Shown piece after piece: positions 8,905 to 18,122 of a stretch of DNA of 64,000 nucleotides; the first letter of the stretch is position 1, and every line of letters begins with the position of its first letter. The position numbers were made by a program, and so were the translations under genes. Source of the DNA: an uncultured Mollicutes bacterium (GTDB taxonomy: Bacteria > Bacillota_I > Bacilli_A > ML615J-28 > CAG-313); assembly GCA_900539265.1 (NCBI GenBank), contig UQBM01000006.1, positions 7,848 to 71,847 on the forward strand. The letters are read 5' to 3'. The notes under the pieces were generated by a model. The model did not search any database and was not told the origin of the DNA. It was given only the letters and a program-made list of their open reading frames with translations.

Positions 8905-9864
8905 ATGAAAAAAGTTAGTAGTATATTATTAATATTTTTTATATTTGTGGCATCAATTGTATTAACGTCTTGTGACAAAAAACCAACTATTTATGAATAT
9001 GTTGAAACTGACATTGTTGTTGAAACAGGGGAATATAAGTTACCTAGTAAATTAACAATTCCTGAATCAAAACAAAAAGTGCCCGGTGTAATTTTTGTTC
9101 ATGGTAGTGGTGCAAGTGATATGAATGAATCTATTGGTGCATTAAAGTTATTTGAAGAATTAGCCATCAAGCTTGCAGAAAAAGGTGTTGCAAGTATTAG
9201 ATATGATAAAAGAACTTATACTTACGCAGAACATTTAGCAACAAAATTAGATTTTACAGTTTATGAAGAAGTTATAGATGATGTAATATCAGCAATTAAC
9301 ATATTAAAACAAAACGATAAAATAAGTGATATTTATATTATTGGGCATTCGTTTGGTGGTCAGCTTGCACCAGTTATTGCAAATAAAACAGATGTTAAAG
9401 GAGTAATCATCCTTGCTGGTACAACTGAACATATAATAGATGTAGCAATGAATCAATTAAAAGAACAAAATAGTCCGTACTATAATGTGTATGATCCATA
9501 TGATGAATATTTTAGAGACATTAAAGAAGTAGTTCCATCAGAAATTGGGTATTTCTTTATGGGAGCATATGAGACATATTGGGTTAGTTATAATAACATC
9601 AATTTAAGCGAAGAGATATTATCTTGTGGTAATAATAAGAGAATGTTAGTACTACAAGGAGGATTAGACTTGCAAGTAAAAGTAAGTGAATTAGATAATT
9701 ATAAAAATTTATTAAAAGATACTAATGCTGAGTTTAAATTATATGAAACACTTAATCATATGTTCGTTGATGGAACCGGAGAAACAATTACAACAGCGTA
9801 TCAAATATATAAAGAAATACCTAATATTGTAATTGAAGATATATCAAAATTTATTAAGGGATAA
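8905..9864 (+). CDS. Alpha/beta-hydrolase lipoprotein
   Basis: Signal peptide plus lipobox (LTSC). GHSFGG matches the nucleophile elbow G-x-S-x-G. An RBS (ggagga) sits 8 nt before the ATG at 8905. Confidence 0.7.
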   Translation: MKKVSSILLIFFIFVASIVLTSCDKKPTIYEYVETDIVVETGEYKLPSKLTIPESKQKVPGVIFVHGSGASDMNESIGALKLFEELAIKLAEKGVASIRYDKRTYTYAEHLATKLDFTVYEEVIDDVISAINILKQNDKISDIYIIGHSFGGQLAPVIANKTDVKGVIILAGTTEHIIDVAMNQLKEQNSPYYNVYDPYDEYFRDIKEVVPSEIGYFFMGAYETYWVSYNNINLSEEILSCGNNKRMLVLQGGLDLQVKVSELDNYKNLLKDTNAEFKLYETLNHMFVDGTGETITTAYQIYKEIPNIVIEDISKFIKG

Positions 9865-9867
9865 AAT

Positions 9868-10080
9868 ATGATTTTAAGAAAAATTATAGCATATACGATT
9901 TTGCCACTAATAATGTTATTTATTGGAGTACTAGGTATTGTATATCCTGAAAAGGTTAATAAATCAGTGTTACAATTTTTAGAAGATGCAGTATTGATTG
10001 TTATTATTGTTTTATTTATTCATATATTTATAGCGATTTTAACTACTATCTTTACTGGGTTAATTAGCAAAAAAAGATAA
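9868..10080 (+). CDS. Small hydrophobic membrane protein (70 aa)
   Basis: Two predicted TM helices. It starts 4 bp after the upstream stop and is followed by a terminator-like hairpin at about 10100-10145. Confidence 0.4.
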   Translation: MILRKIIAYTILPLIMLFIGVLGIVYPEKVNKSVLQFLEDAVLIVIIVLFIHIFIAILTTIFTGLISKKR

Positions 10081-10250
10081 AAAAGTATAATTTAACACAA
10101 ACTTGCAGGAGTGTAGCTGTCTATATAGATGGCTGCACTCTTTTTCATATTGATAAATTGGAATGTATAATTAAATTATTTATCCAAAAAATGATATAAT
10201 TAGTATGATAAAATCTAAAAATAAAGCATTTAAGAAATGGAGTAATTATT

Positions 10251-10541
10251 ATGGGGTATGACAGTTCTATAGAAATAAAAAAAGAAGAAATCGAAGAAGT
10301 TGGACAATTATTAAAAAAATTAGGATTTAAACTTGCTTCATCTAAATCAAATCGCTTTCAATTATTTTCGTATCACAAGTATATAGATGACAATTGCAAA
10401 TATGAAGAAAGAACGGTATTTGGTGTTAGTAAAACAAAAAGTAAATATTATATTTTGGGGAAGAAATTGGATTGGGTGTACAGGATATTATTAAAGTACG
10501 AAAGATGTATTTCTTTTTTTATTATAATCATAAATTTTTAA
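10251..10541 (+). CDS. Hypothetical protein (96 aa)
   Basis: An ORF with a weak RBS (ggag). No recognisable family. Confidence 0.3.
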   Translation: MGYDSSIEIKKEEIEEVGQLLKKLGFKLASSKSNRFQLFSYHKYIDDNCKYEERTVFGVSKTKSKYYILGKKLDWVYRILLKYERCISFFIIIINF

Positions 10542-10657
10542 TAGAAATTAAATATTATTCATAAAGTGTATTTATATAATTATCCTTTTATATAGTTGTG
10601 AAAAAATAATTCGTATGCTATAATATCTATTATAATTATAGAAATTAGGAGGTTTAA

Positions 10658-12343
10658 ATGAAAGTAGTAATTATTGGAGGAGTTGCAGGAGGAGCAACGG
10701 CGGCAGCTAGAATTCGAAGACTAAAAGAAGATGCTGAAATTATAATTTTAGAAAAAACGGGGTATATTTCATATGCTAATTGTGGTCTTCCTTATTATAT
10801 AGGTGGCATAATTGAAGATAGTAATAATTTAACTTTGCAGACACCACAAAGTTTTAAAAAAAGATTTAATATTGATGTTAGAGTAAATAATGAAGTTATT
10901 TTGGTTAATTCGGATGAAAAATATGTTGTGATAAAAAATTTGTTAACAGATGAAATATATCAAGAAAATTATGATAAATTAATATTATCACCTGGTGCTA
11001 AACCAATTATGCCAAGTAGTAGTGGAGTGAATAATAATAAAATATTTACTTTAAAAACAGTTGAAGATACTTTTAAGATGAAAAAGTTTATTCAAGATGA
11101 AAAGCCTAAACGAGTTACTATTATTGGTGGAGGATTTATTGGAATGGAAATGCTTGAAAATTTTCTTAATTTAGGTTTAGATGTTACGTTAGTTGAGGGT
11201 AGCAACCAATTACTTGGTCAATTAGATTTAGATATGGCATCCTTTGTTCATATGAAATTAAAGAATTTAGGTGTTAAATTTTTTTTAAATACAGTTGTAT
11301 CAAAATTTGAAGATACTGAGAATGGAGTAAATGTTCTTGTAAATGATCAAATCATCTCACAAGCTGATTTAGTCTTGATGACAATTGGCGTTGTTCCTGA
11401 AACCAGTTTTATTAAAAATACTTCAATTAAACTAGGAATGAAGGGTAGTATTATTGTTAACGAAAAGATGGAAACATCAATTAAAGATATTTATGCGGTA
11501 GGAGATGCTGTTGAAGTAACCAATTTTGTTACAAATGAGAAAGGACTTATTTTATTAGCGGGACCTGCTAATAAACAAGCTAGGATAGCAGCTGATAATA
11601 TTTGTGGACTTAGTAGTAGATATCAAGGATTTCAAGGTTCATCAATTTTAAAACTTTTTGATTGGACGATTGCCAGTACTGGTATTTGTGAAAAACAGGC
11701 AAAACAATTAAATATAGATTATGAAAAAGTTATTTTATCTCAGAATTCTAATGCCTCATATTATCCATATGGTGATATAATGACTATAAAAGTATTATAT
11801 AATAAGGATAATTTACTTATTTTAGGTGCCCAAATTATTGGCAAAAAAGGTGTAGATAAAAGAATTGATGTGTTTGCAACTGCTATAAGAGCACGGCTTA
11901 AGGCTACCGAATTAGTAAATTTGGATTTAAGTTACGCACCTCCATATTCATCTGCCAAAGATCCAATTAATATGGTAGGATATATGATTGAAAATATTGA
12001 AAATGGTCTTGTTCAACAATTTTATCTTGAAGAATTAGAACAAATAAAAAATAACAATGAAGTTATTTTATTAGACACTAGGACACCCTTTGAGTATTTT
12101 AGAGGACACATCGAGGGATTTATAAATATACCTGTTGATGAATTAAGACAAAGGATAAAAGAATTATCACCTCATAAAACAATATATGTTATGTGTCAAA
12201 GTGGATTGCGTAGTTATATTGCTTGTAGGATTTTATCTCAAAATGGTTTCAATTGTTATAACTTCGCTGGTGGATATCGATTTTACGAAATGAATCAATT
12301 GAATCAAGAAACTTTCAAAAGTAAATTTAATTGTGGGATATAA
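10658..12343 (+). CDS. CoA-disulfide reductase / NADH oxidase-family FAD oxidoreductase with a C-terminal rhodanese domain
   Basis: Pyridine nucleotide-disulfide oxidoreductase N-terminus (VVIIGGVAGGATAAARI ... SYANCGLPYY). The C-terminal rhodanese carries the CQSGLRS active-site loop. Confidence 0.85.
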   Translation: MKVVIIGGVAGGATAAARIRRLKEDAEIIILEKTGYISYANCGLPYYIGGIIEDSNNLTLQTPQSFKKRFNIDVRVNNEVILVNSDEKYVVIKNLLTDEIYQENYDKLILSPGAKPIMPSSSGVNNNKIFTLKTVEDTFKMKKFIQDEKPKRVTIIGGGFIGMEMLENFLNLGLDVTLVEGSNQLLGQLDLDMASFVHMKLKNLGVKFFLNTVVSKFEDTENGVNVLVNDQIISQADLVLMTIGVVPETSFIKNTSIKLGMKGSIIVNEKMETSIKDIYAVGDAVEVTNFVTNEKGLILLAGPANKQARIAADNICGLSSRYQGFQGSSILKLFDWTIASTGICEKQAKQLNIDYEKVILSQNSNASYYPYGDIMTIKVLYNKDNLLILGAQIIGKKGVDKRIDVFATAIRARLKATELVNLDLSYAPPYSSAKDPINMVGYMIENIENGLVQQFYLEELEQIKNNNEVILLDTRTPFEYFRGHIEGFINIPVDELRQRIKELSPHKTIYVMCQSGLRSYIACRILSQNGFNCYNFAGGYRFYEMNQLNQETFKSKFNCGI

Positions 12344-12447
12344 AACTAATATTATTCTGAAATATTTCTAAACAATGCTTATTACCTCTTTTCAAACTTG
12401 GTAAATTATGTTAAAATGAAAATGCCTAATTTAATAAGGAGGTTTTT

Positions 12448-13596
12448 ATGGCAAATAGATTTATTTTAAATGAGACTTCATATCATGGCAGTGGTTCTAT
12501 TAAAGCTCTTAGTGATGAAGTGAAGTTAAGAAGATTAAAAAAAGCTTTAGTTTGTACAGATCCAAATTTAATTAGATTTGGAGTGACTCAAAAGGTCTTA
12601 GATGTATTAGATGATAATTTTTTACCCTATGAAATTTATTCTAATATAAAGGCAAATCCAACAATTGAGAATGTTAGAGAAGGAGTTGAGGCTTATAAAA
12701 AAGCTCAAGCTGACTACTTAATTGCAATTGGTGGTGGTTCATCTATCGATACTGCTAAAGGAATTGGAATTATTGTTACTAATCCAGAATTTTCTGATGT
12801 TAGAAGTTTAGAAGGAGTTGCGAATACTTTAAATAAAGCTGCTCCAATTATTGCAATTCCAACCACCGCAGGAACAGCTGCAGAAGTAACGATTAATTAT
12901 GTTATTACTGATGTTGAAAAAAATCGTAAATTTGTTTGTGTAGATCCTCATGATATTCCCGTTGTTGCAATTGTAGATTCAGACTTGATGTCCACAATGC
13001 CTAAAGGTTTGACTGCTGCAACCGGAATGGATGCTCTAACTCATGCTATTGAGGGATATATTACTAAAGCTTCATGGGAATTATCAGATATGTTTCATTT
13101 AAAAGCTATTGAGATAATTTCTAAATCATTAAGAGGCGCTGTCAATAATGAACAAGAAGGAAGAGAAGGAATGGCTCTTGGCCAATATATTGCTGGTATG
13201 GGATTTTCTAATGTGGGATTAGGTATTGTGCATTCAATGGCACATCCACTTGGGGCATTGTATGATACACCTCATGGTGTTGCTAATGCAATAATTTTGC
13301 CAACGGTAATGGAATATAATGCACCGATGACAAAAGATAAATATCGTGAAATTGCAAGAGCGATGGGAGTAAAAGGTGTAGATGAAATGTCACAAGCCGA
13401 GTACCGAAAAGCAGCAATTGATGCGGTCAGAAAACTAGCAAATGATGTCGGAATACCTCCATCTTTAAAAGGCATTATAAAGGAGGTTGATATTCCATTT
13501 CTTGCAAAGTCAGCATTTAACGATGCTTGTAGGCCAGGTAATCCACGCGAAACTTCAATTGAGGATATTGAAAAATTGTATAGATTACTGCTTTAA
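12448..13596 (+). CDS. Iron-containing alcohol dehydrogenase (FucO/lactaldehyde reductase-like)
   Basis: GGGSSIDTAKGIGI and the His-rich metal-site motifs are typical of Fe-ADH. Confidence 0.85.
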   Translation: MANRFILNETSYHGSGSIKALSDEVKLRRLKKALVCTDPNLIRFGVTQKVLDVLDDNFLPYEIYSNIKANPTIENVREGVEAYKKAQADYLIAIGGGSSIDTAKGIGIIVTNPEFSDVRSLEGVANTLNKAAPIIAIPTTAGTAAEVTINYVITDVEKNRKFVCVDPHDIPVVAIVDSDLMSTMPKGLTAATGMDALTHAIEGYITKASWELSDMFHLKAIEIISKSLRGAVNNEQEGREGMALGQYIAGMGFSNVGLGIVHSMAHPLGALYDTPHGVANAIILPTVMEYNAPMTKDKYREIARAMGVKGVDEMSQAEYRKAAIDAVRKLANDVGIPPSLKGIIKEVDIPFLAKSAFNDACRPGNPRETSIEDIEKLYRLLL

Positions 13597-14121
13597 AAGG
13601 GTTAACATTGTAGAAACATCATAATTATTGCATTATAAATATAATTGTTTTTATATTAATATAAGTTTATAGATTAAATAGAAATTCTAATAATTCCTCC
13701 CTTTAATAAAAACAATGAGATATATTAATTTAAGTTATCTTAAAGTAAAAAATAAATCTTAAATTATTATTGATATTTTAATTTTAAATGTTACAAAAGC
13801 GTTTGTATATTATTAAAAAGTTATTAGTTATTTTTAATTAAAATTTATAAATAATAGATAATATTAGTTATATTTGAAAAAATCTTTTTTGATAAGGTCA
13901 TTGATATTATTTTGATGTTTTAATAAATTATTAATGAATATTTATTTTTTCTTTGGATTATTTTCTTAGATTAAATAATAACTTACTCCTCCCCCCTTTA
14001 CCAAAATATACAAATCAAATTTAATCAATGAATGGATTCCTTAACAAATATTTTTAAGTATTATGCAATTTTATAGAACTTATAAAATTATTGATTTTTC
14101 TTTAAATCATTTGCAAATTAC

Positions 14122-14171
14122 TTGCATTTAATAAAAATAAGATATATAATATTAATAATAGTAATTATTAC
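14122..14171 (+). promoter_or_regulatory. Sigma-A promoter (TTGCAT-17-TATAAT) with an overlapping Fur/PerR-box-like dyad (AATAAT-agta-ATTATT)
   Basis: ttgcat at 14122 and tataat at 14145. The dyad taataatagtaattattac lies at 14153-14171, immediately upstream of the Fur-family gene. Confidence 0.45.
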
Positions 14172-14186
14172 TATTTAAGGAGTTAA

Positions 14187-14567
14187 ATGAGAAATTCTAT
14201 TCAAAGAAATCTAGTATACGATATAATACAAGCTAGTTGTGATCACCCAACAGCTGATATGATTTATTTGCGAGCAAAGCAAACAATGCCTAAAATAAGT
14301 CTTGGGACAATATATCGTAATTTAAATGAATTAGTAGAACTAGGAAAAGTTTTACGTATTCATGTTCCAGGTGATAGCGATCGATTTGATAAAATACTTG
14401 TAAAACACTCGCACTTTTTTTGTGAGAGGTGTAAATCTATTATTGATATCAGTGAAATAAATATTAACAATATTATCAATGAGATAGAAATAAATAATAA
14501 TATAAAGGTTTTATCAAACCAAATTAGTTTATATGGCATATGTTCCAAATGCCAAGAAAAAAAATAG
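14187..14567 (+). CDS. perR: Fur-family transcriptional regulator, PerR-like
   Basis: Fur-family length, HSH/CxxC metal motifs (HSHFFCERC ... CSKCQ). It precedes rubrerythrin, the usual clostridial PerR-rbr arrangement. Confidence 0.75.
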   Translation: MRNSIQRNLVYDIIQASCDHPTADMIYLRAKQTMPKISLGTIYRNLNELVELGKVLRIHVPGDSDRFDKILVKHSHFFCERCKSIIDISEININNIINEIEINNNIKVLSNQISLYGICSKCQEKK

Positions 14568-14591
14568 GAAAATAAAAAGGAGAAAATTAAA

Positions 14592-15125
14592 ATGGAATTA
14601 AAAGGAAGTAAAACAGAACAAAATTTAATGGCCGCATTTGCTGGAGAATCACAAGCAAGAAATAAGTATACCTATTTTGCATCAAAAGCAAGAAAAGAAG
14701 GTTATGAGCAAATTGCAGCAATTTTTGAAGAAACTGCTAATAACGAAAAAGAACATGCAAAATTATGGTTTAAATTATTAGGTGGTATTGGCACTACTAA
14801 AGAAAACTTAATTTCTGCTGCTGAAGGAGAAAATTATGAGTGGACTGATATGTATGCTGAATTTGCAAAAGTTGCACGTGAAGAAGGATTTGAGAATATT
14901 GCAAAACAATTTGAAGGTGTTGCAAAAGTAGAAAAAGAACATGAAGAGCGTTATCGTAAACTTGCAGAAAATATGGAAACAGCACAAGTATTTGCAAAAG
15001 CTGGAATTACAGTTTGGGTTTGCCGTAATTGTGGTCACGTTCATATTGGCGAAGAAGCTCCAAAAGTTTGCCCAGTATGTTTCCATCCACAAGCTTATTT
15101 TGAAGTAAAGGCTAATAATTTTTAA
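14592..15125 (+). CDS. rbr: Rubrerythrin
   Basis: Diiron ferritin-like domain (ExxH motifs) plus a C-terminal rubredoxin-like CxxC ... CPVC. Confidence 0.9.
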   Translation: MELKGSKTEQNLMAAFAGESQARNKYTYFASKARKEGYEQIAAIFEETANNEKEHAKLWFKLLGGIGTTKENLISAAEGENYEWTDMYAEFAKVAREEGFENIAKQFEGVAKVEKEHEERYRKLAENMETAQVFAKAGITVWVCRNCGHVHIGEEAPKVCPVCFHPQAYFEVKANNF

Positions 15126-15131
15126 AATTAT

Positions 15132-15157
15132 AAATCCCTCGTATGAGGGATTTTTTA
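15132..15157 (+). terminator. Rho-independent terminator after rbr
   Basis: aaatccctc gtat gagggattt followed by a T run. Confidence 0.7.
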
Positions 15158-15252
15158 ATGAATTCATTGTAAAATCGTCATTTTCTTGATAAATTTTTTT
15201 AGATAGTGTATAATTATTTTAATAAAATAAAATAATAAAAAGGAAAATTAAT

Positions 15253-16032
15253 ATGATATTATTATTTGATATTGGCAATACAAATATTGTTTTAGGTTTA
15301 TCTGTTAACGAAAAAATTTATAAAACATTTAGATATGTTACTAATTCTAAATTAACTGAAGATGATTATTTTCAAAAAATAAATGCTTCAATTGGTGATG
15401 AATTTACGCAAAATATTGAAGGTGCTATTATTTCTAGTGTTGTACCTCAATTAGATCATATTTTTGTAAATATGATTGAAAAATATTATAAAATAAAACC
15501 CCTTGTTGTTGGACCAGGTCTTAAAAGTGGATTACAAATAAAACTAGAAAATCCTAAACAACTTGGAGCTGATTTATTATGTGATGCTGTGGGAGCTTAT
15601 ATAAAATATTCGGGAACTACAATTATTATTGATATGGGTACAGCAACTAAAATTTTAGTTGTTACTAAAAATAAAGAATTTATTGGGGGAGTTATTTGTG
15701 CTGGAATTAGGGGAAGTTTAGATAGTTTGATAAGTACAACATCAAAGCTTTCAAGAACGGCTATTGAGGTGCCAAATACTGTAATTGGTAATGAAACTAC
15801 AACTTGTATTCAAAGTGGAATTGTTTATGGTCATGTTGCTATGATTGAAGGCCTCATCAAAAAATTTAAAAATGAATTAGGTTTAGATAATGTTAATATT
15901 ATTTTAACTGGAGGATATGCTAAGGTTATTAAAGATTTACTAGAAATTGATTGTATCTATGATGAGAATATTTTATTAGATGGACTTTTTTATATTTATC
16001 AGAAAAATAAAAATTTAACAAATAAAAGTTAA
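15253..16032 (+). CDS. coaX: Type III pantothenate kinase
   Basis: The N-terminus LLFDIGNTNIVLGL is typical of CoaX. Confidence 0.85.
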   Translation: MILLFDIGNTNIVLGLSVNEKIYKTFRYVTNSKLTEDDYFQKINASIGDEFTQNIEGAIISSVVPQLDHIFVNMIEKYYKIKPLVVGPGLKSGLQIKLENPKQLGADLLCDAVGAYIKYSGTTIIIDMGTATKILVVTKNKEFIGGVICAGIRGSLDSLISTTSKLSRTAIEVPNTVIGNETTTCIQSGIVYGHVAMIEGLIKKFKNELGLDNVNIILTGGYAKVIKDLLEIDCIYDENILLDGLFYIYQKNKNLTNKS

Positions 16033-16072
16033 TAAATATTCTACTATTTTCATATATAATAGTGGTGATTAA

Positions 16073-16480
16073 ATGCAAAATGATAAAAATATTAGAAAAA
16101 CAATACCTGAACCATTAATGTTTATTCATACGGTTTCAACACCAATTTTGAGCAATGGTTCTAAAAGATATTATGATAGTAGGGAAACAAATAACAAAGC
16201 TAATGCTTCAACAATTCCTACAATTATTCCCAATGAGTTTTTACTAGAGAGAAATAGAGGTAGAACAATTGATAGCTTGCTTTATCAGAAGATTCAAAAT
16301 ATAATTCAAATGTATGAAAAGGGGCATCCAATACCTTGTTTAATTGAGACTAGAAATAATGAATCCTTTGAAGGGGTACCAACCAAAATAGAAAATGACG
16401 AATTGATAACAATTCAAAATGAAGAAATAAATCGAGTATTATTAAATGATATAAAAGATGTAATAATACTTAAAATATAA
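16073..16480 (+). CDS. Hypothetical protein (135 aa)
   Basis: ORF with an RBS. No family recognised. Confidence 0.4.
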   Translation: MQNDKNIRKTIPEPLMFIHTVSTPILSNGSKRYYDSRETNNKANASTIPTIIPNEFLLERNRGRTIDSLLYQKIQNIIQMYEKGHPIPCLIETRNNESFEGVPTKIENDELITIQNEEINRVLLNDIKDVIILKI

Positions 16481-16507
16481 GATATAATGGATTGAAAAGG
16501 TGATATT

Positions 16508-17992
16508 ATGAGAAAGTGTGGAATTTTATTCCCAATAAGTGCTTTACCAAGTAAATTTGGCATTGGAACTTTTGGAAAAGAAGCTTATGATTTTATTGAT
16601 TTTTTACAACTAGCAAAACAAAGTTATTGGCAAGTCTTACCTCTTGGACCTACATCTTATGGTGATTCGCCTTATCAATCATTTTGTGCATATGCAGGTA
16701 ATCCTTATTTTATTGATTTAGAAATTCTAAAAGAAGATGGGTTATTAAAAGATGAAGATTTATCTTGTTTAAGTGATGCTCCACTAGTAATTGATTATGC
16801 TAATTTATATGAAAAAAGATACAATCTTTTGAGAAAAGCATATAATAATTTTTTACATAGTAAAGATTATCCAAAGAAGAAAATTTCTTTGGATAATTAT
16901 ATTTATGAAAATAAAACTTGGTTAAATGATTATGCCATATTTATGAGTATAAAATCTTATCATAATGATTTACCATGGCAAGCTTGGGAGTTGAAATACC
17001 GCTACTATAATCAAAAAGTGTTAGATGAGTATTATTTAAATAATCAAGATGATGTGAATTTTTGGAAGTTTGTTCAATATGAATTTGATAAACAATGGCA
17101 ATCTTTGAAAAATTATGCTCATAAATGTGGAATAGAAATTATTGGGGATGTTCCTATTTATGTTGCTTTAGATAGTTGTGATGTTTGGGCAAATACTAAA
17201 CTTTTTCAACTAGATAGAGAATTAAGATTGACTAAGGTTGCTGGTTGTCCTCCTGATGCTTTTTGTGAAGAAGGACAACTATGGGGCAATCCATTATATA
17301 ACTATAAAATAATGAAATCTGATAATTATAAATGGTGGACTAATAGAATTCAAAAGGCGACCCATTTATATGACGTTATTAGAATAGACCACTTTAGAGG
17401 TTTTGAATCATATTATGCAATTCCAGCAGGTGATAAAGATGCTAAAAATGGTAAATGGGAAAAAGGACCTGGCTATCAGATTTTTAAAGCAATTAAAGAA
17501 GAGATACCAAATGTTAGAATTATTGCGGAAGACTTAGGATTTTTGACGGAAAAGGTCTTCAAATTATTAAAAAAAACTGGTTTTCCTGGAATGAAAGTAT
17601 TAGAATTTGCTTTTGATGATGATAAAGACAATATGTATTTGCCGCATAATTATATTCAAAATTGTGTTGTTTATACAGGAACACATGATAATATGCCACT
17701 TCGTGCTTGGTTTTATTCTTTAACTCAGGAAAAGAAACATTTAGTAAAAGAATATATAATGCTTGAAAATGATGATAAAATTTGTGATCAGATGATAAGA
17801 GTTGCTCTTGCAAGTGTTAGTGATTTAGTAATAATACCTATTCAAGACTATTTAGGATTTGGTATTGAAGCAAGAATAAATACTCCTTCAACAGTTAATG
17901 GTAATTGGACTTATCGAATTGAAAAAAAGAATTTATCAAATGAATTAGCTTTATATATTGCTTTTTTAACGAATCTTTATAAAAGATGTTAG
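16508..17992 (+). CDS. malQ: 4-alpha-glucanotransferase (amylomaltase)
   Basis: GILFPISALPSKFGIGTFG ... WQVLPLGPTSYGDSPYQSFSA is the GH77 signature. Confidence 0.9.
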   Translation: MRKCGILFPISALPSKFGIGTFGKEAYDFIDFLQLAKQSYWQVLPLGPTSYGDSPYQSFCAYAGNPYFIDLEILKEDGLLKDEDLSCLSDAPLVIDYANLYEKRYNLLRKAYNNFLHSKDYPKKKISLDNYIYENKTWLNDYAIFMSIKSYHNDLPWQAWELKYRYYNQKVLDEYYLNNQDDVNFWKFVQYEFDKQWQSLKNYAHKCGIEIIGDVPIYVALDSCDVWANTKLFQLDRELRLTKVAGCPPDAFCEEGQLWGNPLYNYKIMKSDNYKWWTNRIQKATHLYDVIRIDHFRGFESYYAIPAGDKDAKNGKWEKGPGYQIFKAIKEEIPNVRIIAEDLGFLTEKVFKLLKKTGFPGMKVLEFAFDDDKDNMYLPHNYIQNCVVYTGTHDNMPLRAWFYSLTQEKKHLVKEYIMLENDDKICDQMIRVALASVSDLVIIPIQDYLGFGIEARINTPSTVNGNWTYRIEKKNLSNELALYIAFLTNLYKRC

Positions 17993-18023
17993 ATATTTTA
18001 TAATAGTATTAATTTAATAATTA

Positions 18024-18049
18024 AACTGTGCTATTTTGCACAGTTTTTT
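18024..18049 (+). terminator. Terminator after malQ
   Basis: aactgtgc tatttt gcacagtt followed by ttttt. Confidence 0.65.
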
Positions 18050-18122
18050 CCATAATATGGTATAATAAATATAAATCATAAAGTAGAATATTAAAATAAT
18101 TAATAAAAACAAGGAGAAATTT

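Noticed and set aside
13272-15167. Antisense ORFs inside adh, perR and rbr (13272-13475, 14360-14548, 14797-14997, 14808-15167)
   Set aside because: They lie opposite well-supported conserved genes and are typical AT-rich frame artefacts.
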